Of a stretch of 32,000 nt of DNA, positions 20,301 through 27,862 are shown one piece after another. The notes under the pieces are model-generated. The model was not told where the DNA came from. It saw nothing but the letters and a program-made list of their open reading frames with translations, and searched no databases. Origin of the DNA: Dickeya dadantii NCPPB 898 (GTDB lineage Bacteria > Pseudomonadota > Gammaproteobacteria > Enterobacterales > Enterobacteriaceae); assembly GCF_000406145.1 (NCBI RefSeq), contig NZ_CM001976.1, positions 3,071,337 through 3,103,336 on the forward strand. The letters run 5' to 3'. Position 1 is the first letter of the stretch, and each line of letters starts with the position of its first letter. The translations under genes were made by a program, and so were the position numbers.

Positions 20301-23300
20301 ATTGAGTTCATACAGCGGCATTGGCGCGGCCGCCGGAACCCCATCGGCTTCAAGCGCCGCCACCAGGCTACTGATGCTCTGGTGGAAGTAGCCAAACAGG
20401 CGCGCACAAGAAAGCGACTCAATCGCCTGAACGCCAATATCAAACCCATCGCCGAAGTCATCGACAGAGACAGAGATCGGGTAGTTGGTGCGCTCTTCAA
20501 ATCCGTGCCATACCACGCCATCAAATTCGATATCACCTAACACATCAATGTCGGTCGGGCGGTTGCGGCGGTAGTTGAACACGGCGCTGAACATCGGCGT
20601 CGGCGCCACAATCCCACTACTTTGTTGAGCCAGCGACAAGGTGGCGTGTTCATGTTTGATCAGCGCGGTGAGGCGCTGATGCGTCTGGCGCACCGCATCG
20701 GCGGCATAAACCTCGCCGACATCAAGCCGCAACGGCAGCGTCTTGATGCAAGGGCCCATGATTTTGTCACTGTTCTCACCGTGCATACGCCCGGACAGGA
20801 CCGTACCGAACACCACCGTATCGCTGCCGCAGGCAGCGCTTAGGACTCGCGCCCAGCTCAAATGGCACAGGCTACTCACGCTGACGCCGAGGCGGCGAGC
20901 CTGAGCGCGCAGCCGTTGAGCCAGCGGCGCTTCAAGCGAGCGCCGTGTTTCACCGATCCGCTGGCCTTTAAGGTGGCCGTTCTTGAGATTAAACGGCACC
21001 GACGGTTCGGTGATGTCCGCCAGCATGTCGGTGAAAAACGCCGATTGCTGTTGGGTATCGTTACGGCGCTGCAACTGCGCCACGTGATGACGAAATGGCA
21101 ATGCCGCCGGCAAACGCGCTCCCTTGTCATGGAGGAACGCCTGAATGTCGGAGAGCAAAATCTGTAGCGAGGCAATGTCATCCACCAAATGATGGATATA
21201 CATCAAGGCTTCCCAGCGGGCCTGCGCTTCATCATAGGCCACCACCATGTGCAGCAACGGCGGCTGCGTGAGGTCGATACGGTTGACGTGAGGATCAAAG
21301 CGCGCCTTCATCTGCTCAACGACCGGGCCATCCTGAGCATCAAACGTGAGCGCCGCAACATGCAAACGCGCGTGGCGGAGCACGACCTGCACAGGCGTTT
21401 CCACCCCTTCCCAGATAAACGCGGTGCGCAAGATATCATGACGATCAACCACGCATTGGATAGCCTCAAGATAGCGATCCAGCGTCTGCCGGTGCGTAAA
21501 CGACAGATGACCACACTGAAGGTAAGGGTCGCCGGCTTCATCGAACAGATGGTGGACCAGAATGCCTTCCTGCAACGGCGCCAGCGCATAGATATCCTGA
21601 ATATTGGCGATGCCTCCAGGTATGCGCGAAACGATCTGGTCTATTTGCTGTTGAGAAAGCGACACTAACGGGAAAAGCGCGGGATGAAGCGCGGTGGTCG
21701 CCGGCGTGACCACATTCTCCGGGATGACGAACGCTGAGGAAGCATCGTCCTCAAGCCTGATTTGCGCAGCAAGATCGGCCAGAACGGGATGCGCGAAGAG
21801 GGTGGGCACATCGGTATACAACTGCTGCTCACGGAGCGCTGCCTGCAGTTGCATCGCCAGCAATGAATGCCCGCCCAGTTCGAAGAAATTGTCCTGCCGC
21901 CCGACCTGCTCAACGCCGAGCATTGTCCGCCACAGCTGCGCCAGAATAGATTCCGTACCGGCGTTCGGCGCTTCAAAGTCGCGCTGCACGTAAGCACTGT
22001 CGTCCGGTAGCGGCAAGGCTTTGCGGTCGATCTTGCCATTGGCCGTCAGCGGCAGCGATTCCATCACCACAAACGCCGCCGGGATCATATAGCTGGGCAG
22101 TTGCGTGGCGAGCACCTCGCGCCATTGCGCCAGCGCGCCATTGCCGCACGTCGCCTCTGGCACCACATAGGCCACCAGACGGGCCTCGCCACCATCGGGC
22201 GTAATGCCGATGACGGTGGCGTCTTTGATGTGCTCAAGCGCCGCAATACGCGACTCGATTTCACCAAGCTCAATGCGATACCCGCTCAGTTTGATTTGGT
22301 GATCGCGGCGGCCAAGAAACTCAATGCGGCCATCGTCAAACCAGCGCCCGATATCGCCGGTACGGTAGACTCTGGCCCCGGCGACCCAGGGGTCGGCAAT
22401 AAACTGCTGGGCCGTCAGTTCAGGGCGATTCATGTATCCCACCGCGACGCCTTCGCCGCCGATCCAGATTTCACCCGCCATACCCGGCGCGCAAAGCTGA
22501 CCCAGATTATCGACCACGTACATACGGGTATTGGCGATCGGTCGCCCAATACTCAGGCGAGTATCCTGGCTGTGCTCAAAACCGCGCATCCAGGCCGACG
22601 ACATAATGGTGGTTTCCGTCGGGCCGTAGCCATTGATGTAACGGCAGCGCTCGCTCCAGCGTTCAATCAGCCCGAGCGACGGCGCCGACCCCGCGGTCAG
22701 AATGGTCATGCCTTCAGGCACGCGTGCGGGATCCAGGTGCGTGAGATACGGCGGCGGGAAGGCCGAGAAACGAATGTCGTTTTCGGTCATGTACGCCATC
22801 AACGCGGGCGGGTTCTGAATCAACGCATTCGACAGCAGGTGCAGTTCGCAGCCGCGCGTCAAGGTACCGAAAATCTCGCCCGCCGAGGCATCAAAGGTAT
22901 AGGGCGCGAACTGGGTGATCGGTTGCCCGGCGCTAAAAATCCCGATGTGTTCGCACCAGGCACAGAAATTGATCAGGCTGCGATGCGCGATCTCTACGCC
23001 TTTCGGCGTACCGGTGGTGCCAGAGGTATAGATGATGTAGGCAATAGTGTGCGAATCGATAGTGTGCGAATAGATAGTCTCAGCGGGGTTATCCTCACGC
23101 GACCCGCCATCCGTTTGCGCCTGCTCCAGATAATCCTCAACCAACAGCAAGGTGCTGCTTTCGTCCGCGCTGAAACTCGACCGATCGGCCCGGCTGGTCA
23201 GCGTCCAGCGCACTTGCGCATCGTTAATGATGAACGCGCGACGCTCGCCCGGCGCATCCAGGCCGACAGGCACATAAGCGGCGCCCAGCTTGATGATGCC

Positions 23301-24311
23301 CAGCATGGCGGCGATCAGGTTCGGCGTTTTGTCCATACTCAGCACGATACGATCGCCCTGGGTCACACCGACGCGGCGCAGCCCTGCCGCAATCCGTTCG
23401 GCACGTTCGGCCAACTGCCGATAGCTTAACCGCACGTCGCCTGCCACCAGCGCGGTGGCCTCGTTTCTGGCCGCCACTTGCTCGGCAAACAGCGCATAGA
23501 GCGAACGATCCAACGCCACGTCTAGCTCAGTCGCATTCCACTCATGAATAACGCGTTCAATTTCTGCGTTACTGAGCAGCGACTGTTCACCCAGCGTGCG
23601 CTCACTGCGCTGTACAAAGCTGGACAACAGCTGCTGCAGGCGATTGAGAATGTTATGCGCATCCGCTTCGGTCATGTCGCCGTGGCGATAATGCAGCGCT
23701 AATGACAGCGTGGCCCCGGTCCGCACAATAAGATGCAGCGGCACGTGCGGCGCGCGATGCTCATTTTCCGAGCCCGACTCGTCATACACACTGATCAGCG
23801 AGTCGAAAAGCGGTGGATTCGATGGGGAGCCTACTCCGGGCGAAAGGGCATCAGGTATCGGTTCGGCATGGCGCTGATGCTGCTCAAACACTGAGGCGAT
23901 ATCGTGAAACCAGTCGCGCAACGCGAGACTGGCATCAATGTGCATGCGTAGCGGCAAGGCGTGGTATTCCCCCCCGTCATGGGCTGGGAACCGTTTGCCG
24001 AACAGCACCTCATCCTCACCGCTGTACTTGCTCAGCAACAAACCCCATGCCGCCGTCATCAGCACGTCCCCGGTGACGGACTCACGCTGCGCCAGCGCCA
24101 GCAGTTCGTTACTCAACGCCCGCTCGACCTGGGAGACGAGCACGCGGACGTCCTGCGCAGAGGAGGAAGCGGCGGTCCCGGCATCCTCGCGCTCAATAGC
24201 ATTAACAAGGCTGACGTTTGCCGTTCTTGACGCCCCGGTAAGGTATCGCTGCCAATACGCCGCGGCGGTGTCCTTACGCGACAAGAGCATATTCTCCTGC
24301 ATGATAGCCAT
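17391..24311 (-). CDS. NRPS-1: orphan C-lobe-A(unknown)-PCP-C-A(Gly)::LLM monooxygenase-PCP with docking tail (2306 aa)
   Basis: Motifs present: AYIIYTSGTTGTPKG, NGYGPTETT, YRTGD, PLTANGKIDRKAL; FFELGGHSL; PLQEGILVHH, RHDILRTAF, HHLVDDIAS; LAYVIYTSGSTGKPKG, NLYGPTETT, LRGHRIELGEIE; DFSLFFFG...GFTAVWTPERHF; LPLTPNGKIDRNAL; FFELGGYSL. The tail is ARTIELAETRL. GGGAG lies about 9 nt upstream of the ATG. Confidence 0.95.
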   Translation of the reverse strand: MAIMQENMLLSRKDTAAAYWQRYLTGASRTANVSLVNAIEREDAGTAASSSAQDVRVLVSQVERALSNELLALAQRESVTGDVLMTAAWGLLLSKYSGEDEVLFGKRFPAHDGGEYHALPLRMHIDASLALRDWFHDIASVFEQHQRHAEPIPDALSPGVGSPSNPPLFDSLISVYDESGSENEHRAPHVPLHLIVRTGATLSLALHYRHGDMTEADAHNILNRLQQLLSSFVQRSERTLGEQSLLSNAEIERVIHEWNATELDVALDRSLYALFAEQVAARNEATALVAGDVRLSYRQLAERAERIAAGLRRVGVTQGDRIVLSMDKTPNLIAAMLGIIKLGAAYVPVGLDAPGERRAFIINDAQVRWTLTSRADRSSFSADESSTLLLVEDYLEQAQTDGGSREDNPAETIYSHTIDSHTIAYIIYTSGTTGTPKGVEIAHRSLINFCAWCEHIGIFSAGQPITQFAPYTFDASAGEIFGTLTRGCELHLLSNALIQNPPALMAYMTENDIRFSAFPPPYLTHLDPARVPEGMTILTAGSAPSLGLIERWSERCRYINGYGPTETTIMSSAWMRGFEHSQDTRLSIGRPIANTRMYVVDNLGQLCAPGMAGEIWIGGEGVAVGYMNRPELTAQQFIADPWVAGARVYRTGDIGRWFDDGRIEFLGRRDHQIKLSGYRIELGEIESRIAALEHIKDATVIGITPDGGEARLVAYVVPEATCGNGALAQWREVLATQLPSYMIPAAFVVMESLPLTANGKIDRKALPLPDDSAYVQRDFEAPNAGTESILAQLWRTMLGVEQVGRQDNFFELGGHSLLAMQLQAALREQQLYTDVPTLFAHPVLADLAAQIRLEDDASSAFVIPENVVTPATTALHPALFPLVSLSQQQIDQIVSRIPGGIANIQDIYALAPLQEGILVHHLFDEAGDPYLQCGHLSFTHRQTLDRYLEAIQCVVDRHDILRTAFIWEGVETPVQVVLRHARLHVAALTFDAQDGPVVEQMKARFDPHVNRIDLTQPPLLHMVVAYDEAQARWEALMYIHHLVDDIASLQILLSDIQAFLHDKGARLPAALPFRHHVAQLQRRNDTQQQSAFFTDMLADITEPSVPFNLKNGHLKGQRIGETRRSLEAPLAQRLRAQARRLGVSVSSLCHLSWARVLSAACGSDTVVFGTVLSGRMHGENSDKIMGPCIKTLPLRLDVGEVYAADAVRQTHQRLTALIKHEHATLSLAQQSSGIVAPTPMFSAVFNYRRNRPTDIDVLGDIEFDGVVWHGFEERTNYPISVSVDDFGDGFDIGVQAIESLSCARLFGYFHQSISSLVAALEADGVPAAAPMPLYELNILPPEERRHLLKTWNDTAVPFPATATIHQLFEWQVEQRPQALALQMGNVRLSYAELNQRANRLAHHLIAQGVRPDTRVAVCTERTETMLVALLATLKAGGAYVPLDPEYPTTRLAYILEDATPKVLVVDQRGRDVFGATTGSDVTVVDLERDGARWEELPGGNPDVATLNASHLAYVIYTSGSTGKPKGVMVEHRQVVNFLSGMQALFNLGAEDCLLSVTSISFDIAGLELYLPLMTGASIVLASRSQAMDPHALLNLLQTLNITIMQATPTTWRLLVDTDATPHKQLKILCGGEALPSDLATRLHAFGESLWNLYGPTETTVWSTCNRVNAEDVTQYNQSIGRPIANTQVYLLDKHGKPVPMGAIGELYIGGDGVARGYHQRPELTAERFISDPFSTDPAARLYRTGDFAQFMADGRLIFLGRTDHQLKLRGHRIELGEIEARLLSHPWVREAVVVAREDISGETRLVAYVVPGATEEYVAEASAHSDNLDFSLFFFGASSDAVQAYNHYAEVAEFGDKHGFTAVWTPERHFHRVGGLFANPALLSASLLARTRHIQLRPGSVVLPLHDTLRVAEDWAILDNLSNGRVGIGVASGWNKQDFVLAPQNYDERRELMQKGIEELKTLWQGGSVSRRDSHGEDISVRIYPAPVQKQLPIWVTAAGASETFEYAGRSGAHLLTHMLTQNIEKLAKNIEIYRTARENAGFDPRTGTVTVMIHTYLGENLDEVLEQAKGPFLDYLEGHLSLLSGWLKEQNIHLDTLPSADKRSMLEFAFKRYTRELSFIGTPESALSVAEKLQEAGVNEVACLIDWIVPENALPALEHAATLKGLVQTLFSRKALRKHLQDTLPDYMVPSAFVTLKSLPLTPNGKIDRNALVPPDEMSFARRAYVPPQGSMEITMASIWEELLGVERIGRQDHFFELGGYSLLAVRLIEQLRRRGLSIEIRTLFDTPILADLAARTIELAETRL
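17421..17639 (-). other. NRPS-1 domain: PCP2 (core GGYSL instead of the usual GGHSL)
   Basis: aa ~2225-2297: QDHFFELGGYSLLAVRLIEQL. Confidence 0.85.
17667..20294 (-). other. NRPS-1 domain: interrupted adenylation domain A2, hand-read code DILQLGLVWK (Gly)
   Basis: aa ~1340-2215. Positions read: D1562 I1563 L1566 Q1605 L1628 G1630 L1652 V1660 W1661 K2207. This matches the canonical Gly code DILQLGLIWK at 9/10. Cores A1-A8 lie before the insert and A10 after it. Confidence 0.8.
17802..18839 (-). other. NRPS-1 domain: luciferase-like (FMN-dependent) monooxygenase inserted in A2
   Basis: aa ~1825-2170 (about 345 aa): NLDFSLFFFGASS, AEFGDKHGFTAVWTPERHF, GRVGIGVASGW, PIWVTAAG. It sits between RLVAYVV and LPDYMVPSAFV, the same position as the MOx insert of MtaG/MelG-type modules. 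Confidence 0.8.
20307..21728 (-). other. NRPS-1 domain: condensation (same paralogue family)
   Basis: aa ~862-1335: IQDIYALAPLQEGILVHH, DPYLQ, RHDILRTAF, YIHHLVDDIAS, VVFGTVLSGR, FNYRRN. Confidence 0.9.
21756..21980 (-). other. NRPS-1 domain: PCP1
   Basis: aa ~778-852: QDNFFELGGHSLLAMQLQAAL. Confidence 0.9.
22008..23549 (-). other. NRPS-1 domain: adenylation A1, hand-read code DAGALAGIMK (no confident match)
   Basis: aa ~255-768. Positions read: D474 A475 G478 A517 L538 A540 G561 I569 M570 K760. The scaffold is strikingly GrsA-PheA-like (PPPYLTHLDP, ILTAGSAPS), but 239 is Gly and 278 is Ala. Confidence 0.6.
23043..23078. repeat. in-frame 15-bp tandem duplication inside A1
   Basis: AGTGTGCGAATCGAT (23046-23060) and AGTGTGCGAATAGAT (23061-23075), 14/15 identical, with partial copies on both sides. 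They encode TIYSH-TIDSH-TIA immediately before core A3 (YIIYTSGTTG). Confidence 0.85.
23562..24311 (-). other. NRPS-1 N-terminal orphan C-lobe (C-terminal half of a condensation domain, no HHxxxD)
   Basis: aa 1-250 begin at the YWxxxL motif (AAAYWQRYL) and continue with LMTAAWGLLLSKYSGEDEVLFG, ALPLRM and PLFDSLISVY. No N-lobe and no catalytic His motif are present. Confidence 0.7.
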
Positions 24312-24314
24312 TGG

Positions 24315-26201
24315 TTATGCTCCCTCTGTGACAACTTGCCTGGAATGGTTTTTTAAAACATTCAGTAAGTTGGATACGCTTTCGGCGTTCCTGCCGAATT
24401 GATTGATGATCGCGCCGTGCTGAATACGCGCGGCAAAACCGTATTTGATGAAGGTTGACAGAGTGCCGGTTGGGCTGAGATCGACAAAAAACGTCTGGTT
24501 TTTCTCAGCCAACGCCTGCATTACGCCGTAGAAATCGACAGGCTCGCGCAAGACTCGCCAGAAATACTCGCTGTCCCATTGTTCAACCGCAGTACCTAAC
24601 ATGGCGGAGTACACCGGCATTACGGGGGCGTTTTTCGGCAAGGTATCGACCAAGGCTCGGAAATCGTGCTCGATAGCCGCTATCCCGGACGAGTGGAAGG
24701 GTTGCTCAACCGGCAGCAGCATCGAGATAATATTCTGCTGCGTCAGGCGCTGTTTGAGAGCCGACAGGCTCGCCATAGCACCGCTGACCACAAAATTATT
24801 CTGGAAGTTAATACTGGCTAACTCGGCGCCCTGATAAAGCGCGGCATTGGCATGGAAGTGCGCCACCGGCGCCAGCACGCTCATCATCCCGCCGCCGGCG
24901 GTTTTGTTACTCAGCAAGTGCGCCTGAGACACCACCAGTTTCATGGCGTCATCCAGCGTCAATACACCGGCCACGACAGCCGCGATGCACTCGCCCAGGC
25001 TGTATCCCAGCACGGCGTCAGGTTCGATCCCTTCTGCTTTGAGCATACCGGTCAGGCTGACGCCAATGCTGAGCAACGCCACATTGGACTGCGCCACATC
25101 AGAGAACGGCAGGTGGTGGCGGGCGTCGTCATACAGCGCCTCCAGAAGACCGTGGCCGGTGTGTTGACGACACAGGGCGTCACACCTGTCCATCTGGCTG
25201 CGAAAGGTACTATTACGACGATAAAGCTCACGCCCCATGCCGTAATACTGTGACCCCTGCCCCCCGAACATAAACACCACACGAGGGGTGGCGGATGGTG
25301 CCGCTGGCGCTCTGGCAACGTTTTTTACCGTTGGCTTACCCGGCAACGCCATCGGCTGTGCTTTTATTTTCTCAAACAGGCTGGTCAGTACCTGCCCGGG
25401 TCCGATTTCGTGCTGTTTAACTTCGCCGGACGCCAGCAGCCGCGACAGACTTTCGTACCAACGAACGGGATGACTTATCTGGCGCGTTAACAAGTCAAGA
25501 TAATCGGATTCTGGATAATCGAGCGCTGTGTAGTTGGAAATAACCCGCGCATTGAGCGGATTGAAAGTAAAGCGTTGCGCAAATTGTGCAAACTGCGCTT
25601 CGATATCTCGCATATAGCGAGAGTGAAAAGCCGCACTCACGTTTAGCCTGACGTAGCGTGCGCCGGCATCCGTAAACAGCGTTTCGCAGGCAACGATGTC
25701 GTCATGAAGACCCGAAATGACGATTTGCTGGGCACTGTTGATGTTGGCGATATCAATGCCGCTAAACGGCGACGCAGCGAGAAGCTCCGCGACCCGGTTC
25801 AGCTCGATGCCCACGATGGCGGCCATCGCGCCGCGCGGCGCTTTCGACATCAACATGCCGCGCTCTCTGACCAGCGCGACGCCGGTTGCAAAATCAAACG
25901 CCCCCGCGGCAAACAGCGCGGCAAACTCCCCCAGACTATGACCCGCGTAGCAATCCGGCGCATCCAATCCGTTTTGTCGACTGGCGAGAACCCCGAGCGC
26001 TGAGACAACAAACAAAGCCGGCTGGGTGAACATCGTCTCACCCAGCACACCCTGAGGATCGTTGAGGCATAGCTCGCGAATTGAGAAACCGAGCACCTCA
26101 TCGGCCTCGCTGACGAGCCTGGGGAAACGCTCGAACAGCGCATTCCCCATCCCTTTGTGCTGCGATCCCTGACCAGGAAATACCCAAATTGAAGAAGACA
26201 T
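24315..26201 (-). CDS. tandem trans-acting acyltransferase AT1-AT2 (628 aa from the ATG at 26201)
   Basis: There are two FabD-like halves. I prefer the ATG at 26201 (AGGAG 5 nt upstream; MSSSIWVFPGQGSQ) over the GTG at 26234. The stop lies 3 nt before the NRPS-1 ATG. Confidence 0.9.
   Translation of the reverse strand: MSSSIWVFPGQGSQHKGMGNALFERFPRLVSEADEVLGFSIRELCLNDPQGVLGETMFTQPALFVVSALGVLASRQNGLDAPDCYAGHSLGEFAALFAAGAFDFATGVALVRERGMLMSKAPRGAMAAIVGIELNRVAELLAASPFSGIDIANINSAQQIVISGLHDDIVACETLFTDAGARYVRLNVSAAFHSRYMRDIEAQFAQFAQRFTFNPLNARVISNYTALDYPESDYLDLLTRQISHPVRWYESLSRLLASGEVKQHEIGPGQVLTSLFEKIKAQPMALPGKPTVKNVARAPAAPSATPRVVFMFGGQGSQYYGMGRELYRRNSTFRSQMDRCDALCRQHTGHGLLEALYDDARHHLPFSDVAQSNVALLSIGVSLTGMLKAEGIEPDAVLGYSLGECIAAVVAGVLTLDDAMKLVVSQAHLLSNKTAGGGMMSVLAPVAHFHANAALYQGAELASINFQNNFVVSGAMASLSALKQRLTQQNIISMLLPVEQPFHSSGIAAIEHDFRALVDTLPKNAPVMPVYSAMLGTAVEQWDSEYFWRVLREPVDFYGVMQALAEKNQTFFVDLSPTGTLSTFIKYGFAARIQHGAIINQFGRNAESVSNLLNVLKNHSRQVVTEGA
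24360..25283 (-). other. AT2: AT-like domain lacking the malonyl-binding Arg (Gln instead)
   Basis: Motifs: VVFMFGGQGSQ, the GYSLGE nucleophile, QPFHS. The position 25 residues after the Ser (FabD R117) is Gln in LVVSQAHLL. Confidence 0.75.
25359..26189 (-). other. AT1: FabD-like malonyl-CoA:ACP transacylase domain
   Basis: Motifs: IWVFPGQGSQ, GHSLGE, Arg at Ser+25 (LVRERG), SAAFHS. Confidence 0.8.
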
Positions 26202-26272
26202 AAATCTCCTATTACTGTTCCCTTGGACTGTCACTTAACGTTGCTTGTTTATCCCAACAGCGACTCGTTAAT

Positions 26273-26542
26273 TCAGGACTTGATTGCTTCCGCCGGTAGA
26301 TGGGCTTCAATCGTGCCGATCAAATCCCCGAGCGTGTAAATCCCGCGCTTGTCACCGTCGTTTACCTTGATGTGGAGCCGCTTCTCAATCTCGTACCAGG
26401 ACTCAAGCATCTCGATCGAATCCACACCCAGTTCACCGCCGATAAATGAATCCAGGTCCACGACATCAGGGGTAAATCCGGTGTTTTTGATGCCGTTAAT
26501 AATGTCGAGAACAACGGAGAGAATGTCTTTCTGAGCGTCCAT
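26273..26542 (-). CDS. free-standing acyl carrier protein (89 aa)
   Basis: It carries the phosphopantetheine-attachment motif GGELGVDSIEMLE and has an acidic helical composition. It lies 24 nt downstream of the oxoamine synthase. Confidence 0.9.
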   Translation of the reverse strand: MDAQKDILSVVLDIINGIKNTGFTPDVVDLDSFIGGELGVDSIEMLESWYEIEKRLHIKVNDGDKRGIYTLGDLIGTIEAHLPAEAIKS

Positions 26543-26566
26543 TTCTGATTTCCTTCAGCTAATCCA

Positions 26567-27811
26567 TTAGAGCGCGTCAAACTCGCGCGCAACGTCAGTA
26601 ATAATGTCAACGGCTTGATCGATCTCTTCCCGGGTATGGGAAGACATCACGGAGATACGCAGACGTTCTTTATCAGGAGGGACCATCGGGTATTCCATGA
26701 TATTGGCGAACAGGCCGCGTTCAAAAAGACGGCGGTTTATGTTGCCCACCACGGAGATTTTCCCGAAGAAGACGGGAATGATCCCCGACTCGCCGCGAAG
26801 AATGTTGAAGCCTTTGGATTCCAGTTGGTCCTGCATGTAGCGCACGTTGTCATGCAGCAGCGCAATGCGTTCCGGCTCGCGTTCCATCACGTCCAACGCC
26901 GCGGAAATAGCCGCAATGGTCGGCTGCGCTAAACCCGAGGTAAACAGGTAAGGATAAGAGAAGTTTCGCAGCATAAAGATATGCTCGCGGCTGCCGGAGA
27001 TGAACGCGCCCTGCGCGCCGAGCGATTTGCTGCAGGTGGACATACGCAAATCAACCTGACCCAGCAGGTCTAAATGCTCAAGCGTTCCCTTGCCGGTTTG
27101 CCCTAAGGTGCCTAAGCCGTGAGCGTCATCGAGAATGGTGATGATGTCGTGCTCCCGGCAGATATCGATGTAACGCTTGAGATCGATGATCGAGCCGTCC
27201 GTAGAACGCACGCCTTCAACCGTGGAAAATATTTGCGTATGAGGTTTCAAACGCGCCCGAATTTTAGGCAACATCTGTTCAAACTCATCCAGCCGCTCGG
27301 GATCGAAGGTAAAGAACGGCACGTTGGTCATTTTGACCGCGTTGATCACGCTGGCATGGCTGTTCTGGTCATAGATGATGATATCGTTGCGATTCATCAA
27401 TCCATTCACCCAACACAGGTTCGCCATATAACCACTCGGCAGCAGCACCGCGTCTTCATGGCCGGCTAACGCCGCCAGACGCGTCTCAAGATCCCGATGT
27501 TGCCTGGTGTAACCGGAAAATGCCGGCGACCCGCCGGTACCAATACCGTATTTTTCTACCGCTTCGACTACCTTATTTTTCACATAAGGATGGTTAGCCA
27601 GACCGAGATAGCTGTTTGAACCAAACACCAATACATTTCTGAAGTCGTCGCTATGCAGGTCTTTGTACTGCATGCGCGCATCAACCGGCCCCACGCCCTG
27701 GCGTCCGAACATGAAGCCTTTTTCCAGCTCTTTCAAATAGGTGCCATAGCGTAATTTCACGCGTTCCTTGAAAGGCTTACGTTCAAGTTCGATCAGATCA
27801 TGAAAATCCAT
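26567..27811 (-). CDS. PLP-dependent alpha-oxoamine synthase (BioF / KBL / serine palmitoyltransferase family, 414 aa)
   Basis: Motifs present: FGSNSYLGL, DQNSHASVI, ILDDAHGLG, and the PLP-lysine motif STCSKSLGAQGAF. Confidence 0.92.
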   Translation of the reverse strand: MDFHDLIELERKPFKERVKLRYGTYLKELEKGFMFGRQGVGPVDARMQYKDLHSDDFRNVLVFGSNSYLGLANHPYVKNKVVEAVEKYGIGTGGSPAFSGYTRQHRDLETRLAALAGHEDAVLLPSGYMANLCWVNGLMNRNDIIIYDQNSHASVINAVKMTNVPFFTFDPERLDEFEQMLPKIRARLKPHTQIFSTVEGVRSTDGSIIDLKRYIDICREHDIITILDDAHGLGTLGQTGKGTLEHLDLLGQVDLRMSTCSKSLGAQGAFISGSREHIFMLRNFSYPYLFTSGLAQPTIAAISAALDVMEREPERIALLHDNVRYMQDQLESKGFNILRGESGIIPVFFGKISVVGNINRRLFERGLFANIMEYPMVPPDKERLRISVMSSHTREEIDQAVDIITDVAREFDAL

Positions 27812-27862
27812 TATAAAAACCTCCTTGATTATTGATTCTCTCTCAGAGAGAGATTCCGATTG

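Noticed and set aside
26202-26234. GTG start at 26234 for the AT-AT gene.
   Set aside because: The ATG at 26201 has an AGGAG SD 5 nt upstream and gives the normal FabD-type N-terminus (MSSSIWVFPGQGSQ).
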